This document shows, in pieces, positions 26,895-36,636 of a stretch of DNA of 64,000 nt. This DNA is from Candidatus Woesebacteria bacterium (lineage in GTDB: Bacteria > Patescibacteriota > Microgenomatia > UBA8517), in the NCBI GenBank assembly GCA_013374835.1, contig CP055307.1, positions 542,963 to 606,962 of the forward strand, read 5' to 3'. A program made the position numbers and the translations under genes. Under the pieces are notes generated by a model. The model did not search any database. It was not told the DNA's origin and was given only the letters and a program-made list of their open reading frames with translations. The number at the start of each line of letters is the position of its first letter. Position 1 is the stretch's first letter.

Positions 26895-29298
26895 ATTCCC
26901 AATATTTGTCTTTCTTTTTGTTTTAGCCTCGTGGTCTTTAACTGTATTTTTTTGGTTTAACAATTTTGATTTGGCTTATATTCACGGTTATATAGGGATC
27001 GAGAATACTTTACACAACGTTAATTTAAAAAATCTCATTAGGGGGCACCAAATAATCAATTTTTTTGTTTATTTGATTTTCGGCCTTAGGCCATGGGGCT
27101 ATTATTTGGTTGCAAATATTTTGCATGCTTTGGTAGCTGTCTTTGGTTATTTGGTATTTAAAAATTTCTTTAAGGATAGGTTTTATAGTTTGCTTTTAGC
27201 CCTTTTGGTGTTTGTAAACTTTACTTATTCTAATGTACTTTTTGAAGGTACTTTTAATCAATATTATTCCTTTATCTTGCTTACTTTTTTGATTTCTGTT
27301 TATTTGTTACAAAAAAGAATATGTAGGTTCTTCGGTCTTCCAATTTTGATGATACTAGGCTTTTTGTTTAGAGAGACTTCTTATGTACTTTTCGGCTTAG
27401 TTTTTTTTTACGTAGCTATTTTTAGCAAAGACAAGGATAGCTTTTTGAAAGATATTAGATATTTGGCTCCTCTTTTTGTAGTTTTATCGATTTATACTTA
27501 TTTTCGCATTTTTCATCTGGGGGATCTTTTTTCCGATCTTACTGATGATGCAGTACAGGCAAGGATTTCCTTTATACAAAGTGGGAATTATAAAGACTAC
27601 TTTGTAACTTCTTTAAATAATTTTTCGAGGATGGTTGGTGAACAGACGCTTTCTTACCCCGTGCTTTATAAGATGCGCGATTTTTTAGTTTTATTTGCCT
27701 TAAAAGCAAAGATCTATCAACTTGCTTCTTTTAAATATTTTATTCCGCTTATTGGTTTTTTGATTTTTTTGATTTTTTTTGTAATTGTGGTCTTAGTTTT
27801 TATCGAGAGATTGAAGATTAAAAAAGATAAAAGAAGAATTGTTTATTTTGGTATTTTATGGTTTATTCTTTTGAACTTTTTTATGAGTTTGGTTTTGCCC
27901 TTTCCTGAATATGTATGGAACAGAAACCTCGATTTTATAAGAGTTCTGGCAAGATACAATTATTATCAGATTTTTGGATTAGTTCTTTTTGTGGGTGCTT
28001 TGTTTTATGAATGGAGGAATAAAAAATTTTTGAGAATAACTCTTTTGTTCTTGATTGCTGTTAATTTTTTGGCCATTCAGTATAATGCATATAAGATTTA
28101 TTTGATTAAACATAGGCCTGCGAGATATTTTTTCACTCAAGTTTTTGAAAAATATCCAGATTTCCCCAGAAAAACAGTAATTTACTATAATTTCTTTCAG
28201 GTTAATAACCTTCGTGACTGGATTTATGATTTATCTTATATTTTTAGAAAGATTAGATATCCGAATTCAGAGTTTTTATTTGAATCTTCGCTAGCTGAGG
28301 TGCAAAAGAAATATTTAAGTTCAGAATACGAACTATCTGGGATTTACGCTTTTGATTTAGATGAGAAAGGATATTTCGTTGATAAAACGGATATGGTCAG
28401 AAAATATTTTGTTGATTTGAAAGAAGTTGATCTAGGCGATCAACCAGAAATATCTTTAAGTTCTCACAATCTTTTTTCAAATGGTAGGTACATGCTTAGT
28501 TTCGAAGCCAGATTTTTGAAAAAGAAGAGCAATTTAGTCTGCAATGAAACACTTTCTAGATATTCTAATCAAAGAAGGAGATTTTTAGAGAAAGCCTCTT
28601 TAGAAGTGGGAAGTAAATACGGCGGAAATACGAATATATTCCCTTATGTGGGCAAGAGTAAGCTTATTGATAATGGCTATTATAAAGATAGTATGTGGCA
28701 GGCAGAACCTGGAAATAATCCCGATGAGCTTGTATTGGATTTGGGTGAGGAGCGGGTGATTAATGGTTTTTCTTGGATATCTAATGGTTTGAATGCCAAC
28801 CCGAACGTTTATGAAATAAAGGTTTCAATAGATGGCTCTAAATATAAAACTGTTTTTGAGAGCTATGAGACAAAAGAAGACTCGCGGATTGATTATTTTG
28901 AGCCAATTTACGCACGATATATAATGATGGATACTAAATCGACTTTGCTTGGCCAACCGGTCATTTTTTATGAGATAGAAGCTAATCAGTATTCTGAAGC
29001 TATCAGGGATAGGTATCAACGTTTCGATAAACTTTTGGAGGATGCCTTTTTAAAATCGTGTCCCTTGGACTTTAACTGGGGGAAAATAAGGATAACTACA
29101 AGTTCTGGTACGACAAAAGAGTTTCCGATCATGTTTGATAAAGACAGAGTTTGGAAAAAATATTCTTTTGAAATAGTAAATTATGAACCATTTATGGCAA
29201 CAAGAACTTTGCTTGAGGATAAATTAAGAACCTTAAGTGTGTTTTTGGTTAATGATGGTATGGATTATGAATTTAGAAATTTTAAGTTAGTTCCATGA
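26878..29298 (+). CDS. Membrane protein with an N-terminal polytopic domain and a C-terminal F5/8 type C (discoidin)-like carbohydrate-binding domain
   Basis: 806 aa, with about 420 aa of TM helices. The C-terminal VINGFSWISNGLNANPNVYEIKVSIDGSKYKTVFESYE...YFEPIYARYIMMD resembles discoidin/F5_F8_type_C. Confidence 0.45.
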   Translation: MIKPDRFPIFVFLFVLASWSLTVFFWFNNFDLAYIHGYIGIENTLHNVNLKNLIRGHQIINFFVYLIFGLRPWGYYLVANILHALVAVFGYLVFKNFFKDRFYSLLLALLVFVNFTYSNVLFEGTFNQYYSFILLTFLISVYLLQKRICRFFGLPILMILGFLFRETSYVLFGLVFFYVAIFSKDKDSFLKDIRYLAPLFVVLSIYTYFRIFHLGDLFSDLTDDAVQARISFIQSGNYKDYFVTSLNNFSRMVGEQTLSYPVLYKMRDFLVLFALKAKIYQLASFKYFIPLIGFLIFLIFFVIVVLVFIERLKIKKDKRRIVYFGILWFILLNFFMSLVLPFPEYVWNRNLDFIRVLARYNYYQIFGLVLFVGALFYEWRNKKFLRITLLFLIAVNFLAIQYNAYKIYLIKHRPARYFFTQVFEKYPDFPRKTVIYYNFFQVNNLRDWIYDLSYIFRKIRYPNSEFLFESSLAEVQKKYLSSEYELSGIYAFDLDEKGYFVDKTDMVRKYFVDLKEVDLGDQPEISLSSHNLFSNGRYMLSFEARFLKKKSNLVCNETLSRYSNQRRRFLEKASLEVGSKYGGNTNIFPYVGKSKLIDNGYYKDSMWQAEPGNNPDELVLDLGEERVINGFSWISNGLNANPNVYEIKVSIDGSKYKTVFESYETKEDSRIDYFEPIYARYIMMDTKSTLLGQPVIFYEIEANQYSEAIRDRYQRFDKLLEDAFLKSCPLDFNWGKIRITTSSGTTKEFPIMFDKDRVWKKYSFEIVNYEPFMATRTLLEDKLRTLSVFLVNDGMDYEFRNFKLVP

Positions 29299-30422
29299 GA
29301 ATTCTTGTTCTTTCTTGGCGAGATCTTAGACATCCTTCGGCCGGAGGTGCCGAATATGTAATGCATGAACATATGAAGGGGTGGGTGAAAGCCGGACACA
29401 GCGTTACGCATTTTTCCTCTTATTTAAAAGGAAAGCCTCGAGAGGAAGAAATTGATGGGGTAAGGATAGTTAGGCGTGGCTATCAATATATCGGGGTTCA
29501 GGCGGCTGCTTTTTTATATTATTTGAAAAATAGGAAAAGTTACGATTTTTTGGTAGATGAATTTCACGGAATACCGTTTTTCACTCCGCTTTTTAGCAGG
29601 AAACCAAAGATTGCGGTCATACATGAGACAGCGCGCAATGTGTGGTTTATGAACCCTCTGCCTTTTCCTATCAGCATTGTTGTTGGGATAATGGGATTTT
29701 TGCTTGAACCACTCTTTTTTTTGTTTTATAGGAATACCTCTTTTATGACTGTTTCTAATTCAACTAAAAGGAGTCTTTGCTTAATGGGTATCCCCGAAAA
29801 GAATATAACGATTATTTATAATGCTGTTGATGTGGATGTGTCAAAATATAAAAATTATTTGAAAGAATGTGAGTATACGATTAGTTATTTAGGTGCTTTA
29901 AGTAAAGATAAAGGTGTTGAAGATGCTGTTAAGTGCTTTTTTTATCTTAAAAAGAAAGGGATAGAGAGTTTTTGGGTAATAGGTAAGGCTGTTACTAAAG
30001 AATATGAGCGTAAGCTGCGAGTTTTAGTTAAAAAATATGGTTTGGTCAAGAATGTTAAGTTTTGGGGTTATGTAGATGAAGATAAAAAATATGAACTGCT
30101 TAGGCGTTGCCATATATTAATCAACCCATCTATGCGTGAGGGCTGGGGTCTTGTAAATGTTGAGGCCAATATAATGGGTACTCCAGTTGTGGCTTATAAA
30201 TCTCCGGGTCTTATTGATTCTATTACAGTAGACTCGGGAGTTTTGGTTGATGAAAATACACCTAGTGCTTTGGCACAAGCTGTTTTTGAATTGCTTCGGG
30301 ATAGGGATAGATACGAGAGGCTTTGCCGTGGTGCAAAAGAATGGAGCAAAAAGTTTAATTGGGAAGAGAGCAGGAGTCAAAGTCTTAGACTTATTGAAAA
30401 CATCTATGAAAAAGAGCAGTAA
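29295..30422 (+). CDS. Glycosyltransferase family 4
   Basis: REGWGLVNVEANIMGTPVVAYKSPGLIDSI. 375 aa. Confidence 0.8.
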   Translation: MRILVLSWRDLRHPSAGGAEYVMHEHMKGWVKAGHSVTHFSSYLKGKPREEEIDGVRIVRRGYQYIGVQAAAFLYYLKNRKSYDFLVDEFHGIPFFTPLFSRKPKIAVIHETARNVWFMNPLPFPISIVVGIMGFLLEPLFFLFYRNTSFMTVSNSTKRSLCLMGIPEKNITIIYNAVDVDVSKYKNYLKECEYTISYLGALSKDKGVEDAVKCFFYLKKKGIESFWVIGKAVTKEYERKLRVLVKKYGLVKNVKFWGYVDEDKKYELLRRCHILINPSMREGWGLVNVEANIMGTPVVAYKSPGLIDSITVDSGVLVDENTPSALAQAVFELLRDRDRYERLCRGAKEWSKKFNWEESRSQSLRLIENIYEKEQ

Positions 30423-31008
30423 TTTAAAAAAGCATACATCAAAAAATCCTTTGCAAAGATTTTTAATTGACAGATTTCAAGATTCTGTAGCCGCTGAGGT
30501 CAAAAAATTAAAGCCGGAAAGTCTTTTATCGGTTGGTTGTGGAGAGGGATTTGATTTAAAGCATGTTATAAGTTTTTTTAAACCAAGAAGGGTAGTGGGA
30601 GTTGATTTTGACAATGGCGCTTTAAAATATGCAAGAATGCAGTTGCCAGGTGTGAATTTTAAAAAAGCAAATGCAACAAGATTACCTTTCAAGGATAAAG
30701 AGTTTGATTTAGTTTTGGCTCTTGAGGTAATAGAGCATATTAAAGAATTTGAAAAGGTTTTGGATGAGATTAAGAGAGTTGCCAAGAAATTCGCTTTAAT
30801 AACAGTTCCATGGGAGCCGTGCTTCAGCTTTATTGGGCTCCTGAGGGGGAAGTATATTAAAAGACTGGGTAGGCATCCTGAACATGTTAATGCTTGGAGT
30901 AAAAAAGCCTTTTTACAAGTACTTAAGGAGCGAAATTGGGAAATTAAGAAGCATAAAATTATTTTCCCTTGGCAGATGGCTCTAGTTTATAAACAGGATG
31001 AGAAATAG
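30406..31008 (+). CDS. Class I SAM-dependent methyltransferase
   Basis: LLSVGCGEGFDL (motif I), VGVDFD, FDLVLALEVIEHIKEF. The start is placed at the ATG at 30406, giving a 17-nt overlap with the upstream GT4. The ORF-track start at 30247 is implausible. Confidence 0.75.
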   Translation: MKKSSNLKKHTSKNPLQRFLIDRFQDSVAAEVKKLKPESLLSVGCGEGFDLKHVISFFKPRRVVGVDFDNGALKYARMQLPGVNFKKANATRLPFKDKEFDLVLALEVIEHIKEFEKVLDEIKRVAKKFALITVPWEPCFSFIGLLRGKYIKRLGRHPEHVNAWSKKAFLQVLKERNWEIKKHKIIFPWQMALVYKQDEK

Positions 31009-32704
31009 GATTGTTTATTGGATTTTTCCTCTTTTGTTTTTGATTATCAGCTTGTTTACGCTTTCGGATTATGGCCTTAATTGGGATAGTGCAAAGCATT
31101 TTAGAAAAGGGCAGGCATATCTTCACTATATTTTAACTGGGGAAGATACCTACGAAAGCTTACCTGATTATCCAAGTTTAAATCCCGAAACGGGTCCAGG
31201 TCCACAAGACTGGGAGCCCTATGAAGTTGGGCAAGGAAGGATATATGAGGAAGCAGTTTGGGAGGGATGGCCGGGAAGAAAAAGAAGTTTTTATCAGGCG
31301 GATGGTGCTGGCTATATAAACATGATTGAAGGCGGACTTGATGGATATAGCCACCCTGCAGGAAATGATTTGTTTGCCGCTATTACTAATTATATGTTTT
31401 TTCAAAAGTTTCATATTTTGGGGGATTATGAAGCCCATAATTTGTTTATAGTTTTAATTAGTTTTGTATCGGTATTAGCAGTTTCATATTTTGCTTATCG
31501 TGAGTTTGGGAAAATAGCCTCGCTTTTGACTGGGTTTTTTTATGCCTTTTACCCTCTTTTTTTCGCTGAAGCACATTTTAATATTAAAGATCCAGTAATA
31601 ACTTCATATATATCTTTAACTATAATTACATTTTATTATGCCATTAAAAATATGAGCTACAAACTAGTTTTTTTGGCATCAGTATTTGCCGGTTTAGGAC
31701 TGTCAACAAAACTAAATATAGTTTTTGTGCCAGTTATAATTTTGCCTTGGCTCCTACTTTATTTAATTAAAACACGCCGTAAATTAAGAAATAACATAAA
31801 ATTTTACTTAAGTTTTATTTTTATTCCAATTATATCCTTTGCTGTATTTGTATTAACATGGCCTTATCTATGGCATAGTATTTTAGTGGGTACTGTGGAG
31901 ATGATGCTTTATTATATTGAGGTTGGATCCGGGAGAAATCTGGAAGTTTATAGAGACTTTATTTTTGGAGGAATAAATTTTTACCCTCTTTATTATATAT
32001 TTGTAACGACCCCATTAGGTATGCTTTTGTTGTTTTGGTTGGGTTTTTTAATTTCTGTTTACAGACTTTTGAAAAGAAAAGGGGAGATTTATTTATTGAT
32101 CTTAATTTGGTTTTTATTTCCTATTGTTCGTGTTAGTATTGGCGCAGCAACTATATACGGTGGTGTAAGACAAATTATGGAATTTTTGCCGGCAATGGCT
32201 TTGTCTTCAGCATTAGGCGGACAATTTATTTTTAACAAGATTAAATCTAAATGCGTTGCTGTGTTTATATTGACGGTAGTAGCGCTGTCAATGGCTTGGG
32301 AAATGGTTAGTATTCATCCAAACCAAAATGTCTACTTTAACCAGCTGGTAGGAGGACTTAAGGGCGCTGTTAATAAAAATATACCATATTGGGGCAACTC
32401 TTTTGGTAATGCTTATTTACAAGGCATTTTGTGGCTTAATAAGAATGCAGAGCCTAATTCAAAGGTTTCCAATATATTGTTTTTGAGTAAAGAACTTCCG
32501 TTTCAGAATCTTAGATCAGATTTGAGTCTTAGTAATTCATATTTTAGTAGTGATCAGAAACTTGGTGAATATATTATAGAGCTTTGGGGGTATGAGGTAG
32601 GGCAAGATAATGAAAGTTATCAGTATGTAGTAAATAATATAGATTCAGTTTATGAGATTAACGTTCAAGGAGCACCTATACTAAAAATTTGGAGAAATAT
32701 TTAG
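30998..32704 (+). CDS. ArnT/GT39-like GT-C polytopic membrane glycosyltransferase candidate
   Basis: 568 aa, multi-TM. An N-terminal loop (NWDSAKHFRKGQAYL) and FYAFYPLFFAEAHFNIKDP resemble the PMT_2 family. Confidence 0.45.
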   Translation: MRNRIVYWIFPLLFLIISLFTLSDYGLNWDSAKHFRKGQAYLHYILTGEDTYESLPDYPSLNPETGPGPQDWEPYEVGQGRIYEEAVWEGWPGRKRSFYQADGAGYINMIEGGLDGYSHPAGNDLFAAITNYMFFQKFHILGDYEAHNLFIVLISFVSVLAVSYFAYREFGKIASLLTGFFYAFYPLFFAEAHFNIKDPVITSYISLTIITFYYAIKNMSYKLVFLASVFAGLGLSTKLNIVFVPVIILPWLLLYLIKTRRKLRNNIKFYLSFIFIPIISFAVFVLTWPYLWHSILVGTVEMMLYYIEVGSGRNLEVYRDFIFGGINFYPLYYIFVTTPLGMLLLFWLGFLISVYRLLKRKGEIYLLILIWFLFPIVRVSIGAATIYGGVRQIMEFLPAMALSSALGGQFIFNKIKSKCVAVFILTVVALSMAWEMVSIHPNQNVYFNQLVGGLKGAVNKNIPYWGNSFGNAYLQGILWLNKNAEPNSKVSNILFLSKELPFQNLRSDLSLSNSYFSSDQKLGEYIIELWGYEVGQDNESYQYVVNNIDSVYEINVQGAPILKIWRNI

Positions 32705-32705
32705 A

Positions 32706-33644
32706 TTAGTTGATCTCCGCTTCTACAAATTTTTGAGTGTCAACTTTAGATTTTGAAAAGATAATAAGCTCTGATACAAGACCTGTTGAAATTAGTTGTA
32801 CCCCGATAATCATAAGAAGCATCCCCAGATATAACAGTGGGTGTCTATTCTGGATCGTACCTGTTGTGAATCTCAGATAGCTTATGTATAAGCCTATTAT
32901 AAATCCGCTTGAAAATGAAATTGCCCCTAAGCTTCCGAAGAAATGACCGGGACGTGCGTTGTATGCGGTTAAAAATAACACTGTGACCAAATCCAAACCT
33001 CCCTTGATAAACCTGCTCCAGCCATATTTTGATTTACCATATTTTCGAGGGCGATGATTAACTGGAATTTCAGCAATTTTATAGTTTTGTTTGGCCACAA
33101 AAATAGGGATAAAGCGATAAAGCTCTCCATAGAGGTTTAACGATTTAGCTACTGATGTTTTGTAGGCTTTGAATCCGCAATTCATATCGTGGATTTTTAC
33201 GCCAGTTAGGATTCTTGTCATAAAGTTTATGATACGCGAAGGTAAGACTTTGGTAGCGGGATCACGGCGTTTTTGCTTCCAGCCGGAAACTAGATCATAC
33301 CCTTCTTCTAGTTTTTGCAAAAAGCGCCCAATTTCCTTGGGGTTATCTTGTAAATCTGCGTCCATGGTAATAATAATCTCACCTCTAGCTTTTTCAAATC
33401 CAACCGAAAGGGCAACCGATTTGCCAAAATTGCCCCGTAGCTTAATTCCTTGCACTGCTTTATCTTTGCCCGCGATATCAGAGATTATTTCAAAAGTTTT
33501 GTCGTTAGAACCATCGTCTATTAAAATTATTTCATAAGATTTGTTAATCTTTTTGAGTTCGTTCACTAGCTCAGTATATAATTTGACGATAGATTTCTCC
33601 TCATCTTTGGCAGGGATGATGACGCTTATTTCCGGATTTTTCAT
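32706..33644 (-). CDS. GtrB/ArnC/Dpm1-like polyprenol-phosphate glycosyltransferase (GT2 with C-terminal TM anchor)
   Basis: ISVIIPAKDEEKSI, ILIDDGSNDKT, NFGKSVALSVGFEKARGEIIITMDADLQDNPKEI, YDLVSGWKQKRRD and two C-terminal TM helices form the classic GtrB architecture. Confidence 0.8.
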   Translation of the reverse strand: MKNPEISVIIPAKDEEKSIVKLYTELVNELKKINKSYEIILIDDGSNDKTFEIISDIAGKDKAVQGIKLRGNFGKSVALSVGFEKARGEIIITMDADLQDNPKEIGRFLQKLEEGYDLVSGWKQKRRDPATKVLPSRIINFMTRILTGVKIHDMNCGFKAYKTSVAKSLNLYGELYRFIPIFVAKQNYKIAEIPVNHRPRKYGKSKYGWSRFIKGGLDLVTVLFLTAYNARPGHFFGSLGAISFSSGFIIGLYISYLRFTTGTIQNRHPLLYLGMLLMIIGVQLISTGLVSELIIFSKSKVDTQKFVEAEIN

Positions 33645-33665
33645 GAGTCTATTATACTAGAAATA
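33645..33665. promoter_or_regulatory. Divergent 21-nt junction carrying TATTATACTAG (TATAAT on the minus strand, TATACT on the plus strand). Putative bidirectional promoter core.
   Basis: This is the only sequence between the divergent start codons at 33644 (minus) and 33666 (plus). The same 11-mer recurs at the other tight divergent junction, 52303-52313. Confidence 0.3.
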
Positions 33666-34490
33666 ATGATTAGTTTTATTATAACTACAAAAAACAACGA
33701 AAAAACACTTGAGCGGCTTTTGCAAAGTATTAAAAAGCAAACTTATAAAGATTGGGAGATAATAGTTGTTGACAACAATTCTACCGATAAGACAAAAGAA
33801 ATTGCTAAAAAATTCACTGAAAAAGTTTTTAATAAGGGACCTGAGCGCTCGATGCAGCGTAACTTTGGTGTTCAAAAAGCAAGAGGTAAATATGTTGTAA
33901 TTTTGGATTCAGATATGTATTTAGGGATAAATGTCGCAAAAGATTGTCTTAAAACGATAAATAATTCAGAATATAAAGCATTAGTAATACCTGAAAAAAC
34001 GGTGGGGAATAACTGGTTGGCAAGGGTTCGCAGGTTTGAACGGGAAATGTATGAGGGTGATCTTAAAATAGAAGTTGCTCGTTTTTTTAAACGCGAAGTT
34101 TTTTTGGAATTTGGAGGTTATGATATAAATCTTACTGGACCTGAAGATTACGATTTGCATTATCGTATAAGTAAAAAATATCCGATTGGTAGAGCAAATG
34201 AATATTTATATCACGACGAGTCGGATTTTACGCTTATAAAGCTTTTGCAAAAAAAATTCTACTATGCTAAAGCTGGCGCTAGATATGCCAATAAGCATCC
34301 TGAATTGGTCAAAATTCAGGGAAATTTACTTTTTAGAAAGGCTTATTTTAAGAATTGGAAAAAATTTGTACGTTTTCCATTTTTGGGGATTAGTTTTATT
34401 TTTGTGCGTATACTTGAAACTATTATTGCAACGGCTGGGTTTATATCTGCTGTTGGTATCGGCGGGTTTATAAAAACTATTTTACGATGA
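33666..34490 (+). CDS. Glycosyltransferase family 2
   Basis: ISFIITTKNNEKTLERLLQSIKKQTYKDWEIIVVDNNSTDKT and ILDSDMY (DxD). Confidence 0.8.
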   Translation: MISFIITTKNNEKTLERLLQSIKKQTYKDWEIIVVDNNSTDKTKEIAKKFTEKVFNKGPERSMQRNFGVQKARGKYVVILDSDMYLGINVAKDCLKTINNSEYKALVIPEKTVGNNWLARVRRFEREMYEGDLKIEVARFFKREVFLEFGGYDINLTGPEDYDLHYRISKKYPIGRANEYLYHDESDFTLIKLLQKKFYYAKAGARYANKHPELVKIQGNLLFRKAYFKNWKKFVRFPFLGISFIFVRILETIIATAGFISAVGIGGFIKTILR

Positions 34491-35611
34491 TACTTATAAC
34501 CACTCACGCAGTATTTGATGAAAAAGGTGTTCACCGACATGGAACAGGGACGGAGCTTGGTAATTATTTTAAAAACAAGAATAAAAACTATATTTTTATA
34601 AGACACGCATTATATGGTGAAGCAAAAAGCCAAGTAGATAATTTCCATAAAGACAAAACTACAATTAAAAGACTAGGTTTTTCTGGCATGGTATTGCCAT
34701 TTAGACTTATCCAAGACCAAATTATAAATTTATTTTTTATACTAAAATATCGAAAAAAATTAGATCTATACATTGGAATTGATCCGTTAAATGCATTTAC
34801 TGGCATTATAGCTAAAAGATTAAAAATAATAGATAAGGTTATTTTTTATACAGCGGATTATGCTCATCGGCGTTTTGCTAACAAATTGGTTAATAATCTA
34901 TATCATATCCTTGATGGTTTTGTAGCAAGAAATGCAGACCAAGTGTGGAATGTGTCATCACGTATTGTAAACGAGCGAATAAAACAAGGATTAAATCCAA
35001 GTAAAATATATCTTGTTCCAAATACTCCGGAATTTAGTAAAACCAAGAGGTTGTCGCTTACAAAAATTAATAAACACGACTTGGTAATTGTAAGTAATAT
35101 TACTAACGCTATAAATTATATGCTTCTTATCAAATCTGTTAAAAAACTAAAAGAGAAATACAGCGATATTCGTTTAATTGTTATCGGGAGCGGCAATTAT
35201 CAAAAATTCTTAGAAAAAGAAGTGGCGAGACTTAAGCTAAAAAAGACCGTAATTTTTAAAGGAAGTAAATCTCATGAAGAAGTATTGGATATACTTTCAA
35301 GATCTGCTGTGGGTGTGGCAATTTATACTTTAAATAATCCGTGGACAGAATTTGGTGATTCTTTAAAAGTTAGGGAATATTTGGCCTGTGGGTTGCCTGT
35401 AATTATGAATAATGTAGCTGCTACTGCAGATGATGTTAAAAGGTATAAGGCTGGGATAATTTTGGATGAAAATGCAAAGGGTTTTGAAAAGGCTGTAGAA
35501 GAGATCTTTAATTCTGCCCAAAAATATAATTTTTATCGCAAAAATGCTATAAAGTTAGCGCGCAGGTTTGACTTTACAAAAATAGTTAATCAAGCTTTGG
35601 CAAATATTTAA
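34487..35611 (+). CDS. GT-B fold glycosyltransferase (GT4-like)
   Basis: 374 aa. The C-terminal VREYLACGLPVIMNNVAATADDV occupies the EX7E-like region. Confidence 0.6.
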   Translation: MILITTHAVFDEKGVHRHGTGTELGNYFKNKNKNYIFIRHALYGEAKSQVDNFHKDKTTIKRLGFSGMVLPFRLIQDQIINLFFILKYRKKLDLYIGIDPLNAFTGIIAKRLKIIDKVIFYTADYAHRRFANKLVNNLYHILDGFVARNADQVWNVSSRIVNERIKQGLNPSKIYLVPNTPEFSKTKRLSLTKINKHDLVIVSNITNAINYMLLIKSVKKLKEKYSDIRLIVIGSGNYQKFLEKEVARLKLKKTVIFKGSKSHEEVLDILSRSAVGVAIYTLNNPWTEFGDSLKVREYLACGLPVIMNNVAATADDVKRYKAGIILDENAKGFEKAVEEIFNSAQKYNFYRKNAIKLARRFDFTKIVNQALANI

Positions 35612-35613
35612 CA

Positions 35614-36636
35614 ATGAAAAATAAACCGTTGGTGTCTATATTAATAGTAAATTGGAACGGCAAAAAACATTTAAAAGAAGTATTGAGTTCTATTAAAAAA
35701 AATACATATAGAAATTATGAAGTTATAATTGTTGATCAAGGCTCAGACGACGGTAGTGTTTCCTATATAAAAAAGGGGCACCCTTATGTGAAGCTTGTTG
35801 AGACAAAAGAAAATCTTGGATTTGCCGGGGGAAATAACGTGGGTGTGAAATATGCGAGGGGTAAATACATTCTTTTTCTGAATAATGATACAAAGCTTGA
35901 GCCGGACCTTCTTACTTATTTAGTTCGTGCTATAGCAGAGAAGGGAGTTGGGGTTGTTCAACCCAAGATACTTTTTTATGATGGCGCTGAAATCCAAAGT
36001 ACGGGTTCTTTTTTGACAAAAAGCGGATTTTTGTTTCACCGCGGTTATGGTGCGCCGAGGGACTCGTATAACGAACCCGATTATATATTTTCAGCCAACG
36101 GATCTTCGATGCTTGTTAGGAGGGCTTTGATAGAAAGAATAGGCCTTTTTGATGAGGATTTTTTTGCGTATTTTGAGGAAAGTGATTTTTGCTGGAGGGC
36201 GTGGAATGCGGGATATAAGGTAAAGTATGAGCCGCGAGCGGTGGTATATCATAAAGGCGGGCAGACCTCAAAAGCTTTGGCAAATGATTTTGTACAGTTT
36301 CACTCCTTTAAGAATAGGATTTGTTCTATATTAAAGAATTCGCAAGGAATGGAAATTTTTTATATGACGTTTTTAAACATATTTTTTAGCGAGATCGCCT
36401 TTTTGGCGTTTTTGCTAACGGGCAAGCTTAGAAATTCTTTGGCGGTTCAGAGAGCTGTTTTATGGAATGCTTTTAATTTAGATAATACCTTAAAAAAGAG
36501 GGGTTTGGTAAATATCAAAAAGTCTGCCAGCTGGAAAAAATTTATGCGCGAGAATATATATGATAATCCGCCATTGATCTATTATTACTATTTGTTTAGT
36601 GATCTAAGAAATTATGAGAAGGCAAAAAATAGTTGA
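35614..36636 (+). CDS. Glycosyltransferase family 2
   Basis: VSILIVNWNGKKHL, VIIVDQGSDDGS, NLGFAGGNNVG, LNNDTKL and EESDFCWRAW. Confidence 0.85.
   Translation: MKNKPLVSILIVNWNGKKHLKEVLSSIKKNTYRNYEVIIVDQGSDDGSVSYIKKGHPYVKLVETKENLGFAGGNNVGVKYARGKYILFLNNDTKLEPDLLTYLVRAIAEKGVGVVQPKILFYDGAEIQSTGSFLTKSGFLFHRGYGAPRDSYNEPDYIFSANGSSMLVRRALIERIGLFDEDFFAYFEESDFCWRAWNAGYKVKYEPRAVVYHKGGQTSKALANDFVQFHSFKNRICSILKNSQGMEIFYMTFLNIFFSEIAFLAFLLTGKLRNSLAVQRAVLWNAFNLDNTLKKRGLVNIKKSASWKKFMRENIYDNPPLIYYYYLFSDLRNYEKAKNS

Noticed and set aside
30247-30405. ORF-track start at 30247 for the methyltransferase, giving a 175-nt overlap with the upstream GT4
   Set aside because: The overlapping segment translates to low-complexity sequence with no methyltransferase motif. 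The ATG at 30406 gives a typical 17-nt overlap and a normal-length Methyltransf domain protein.
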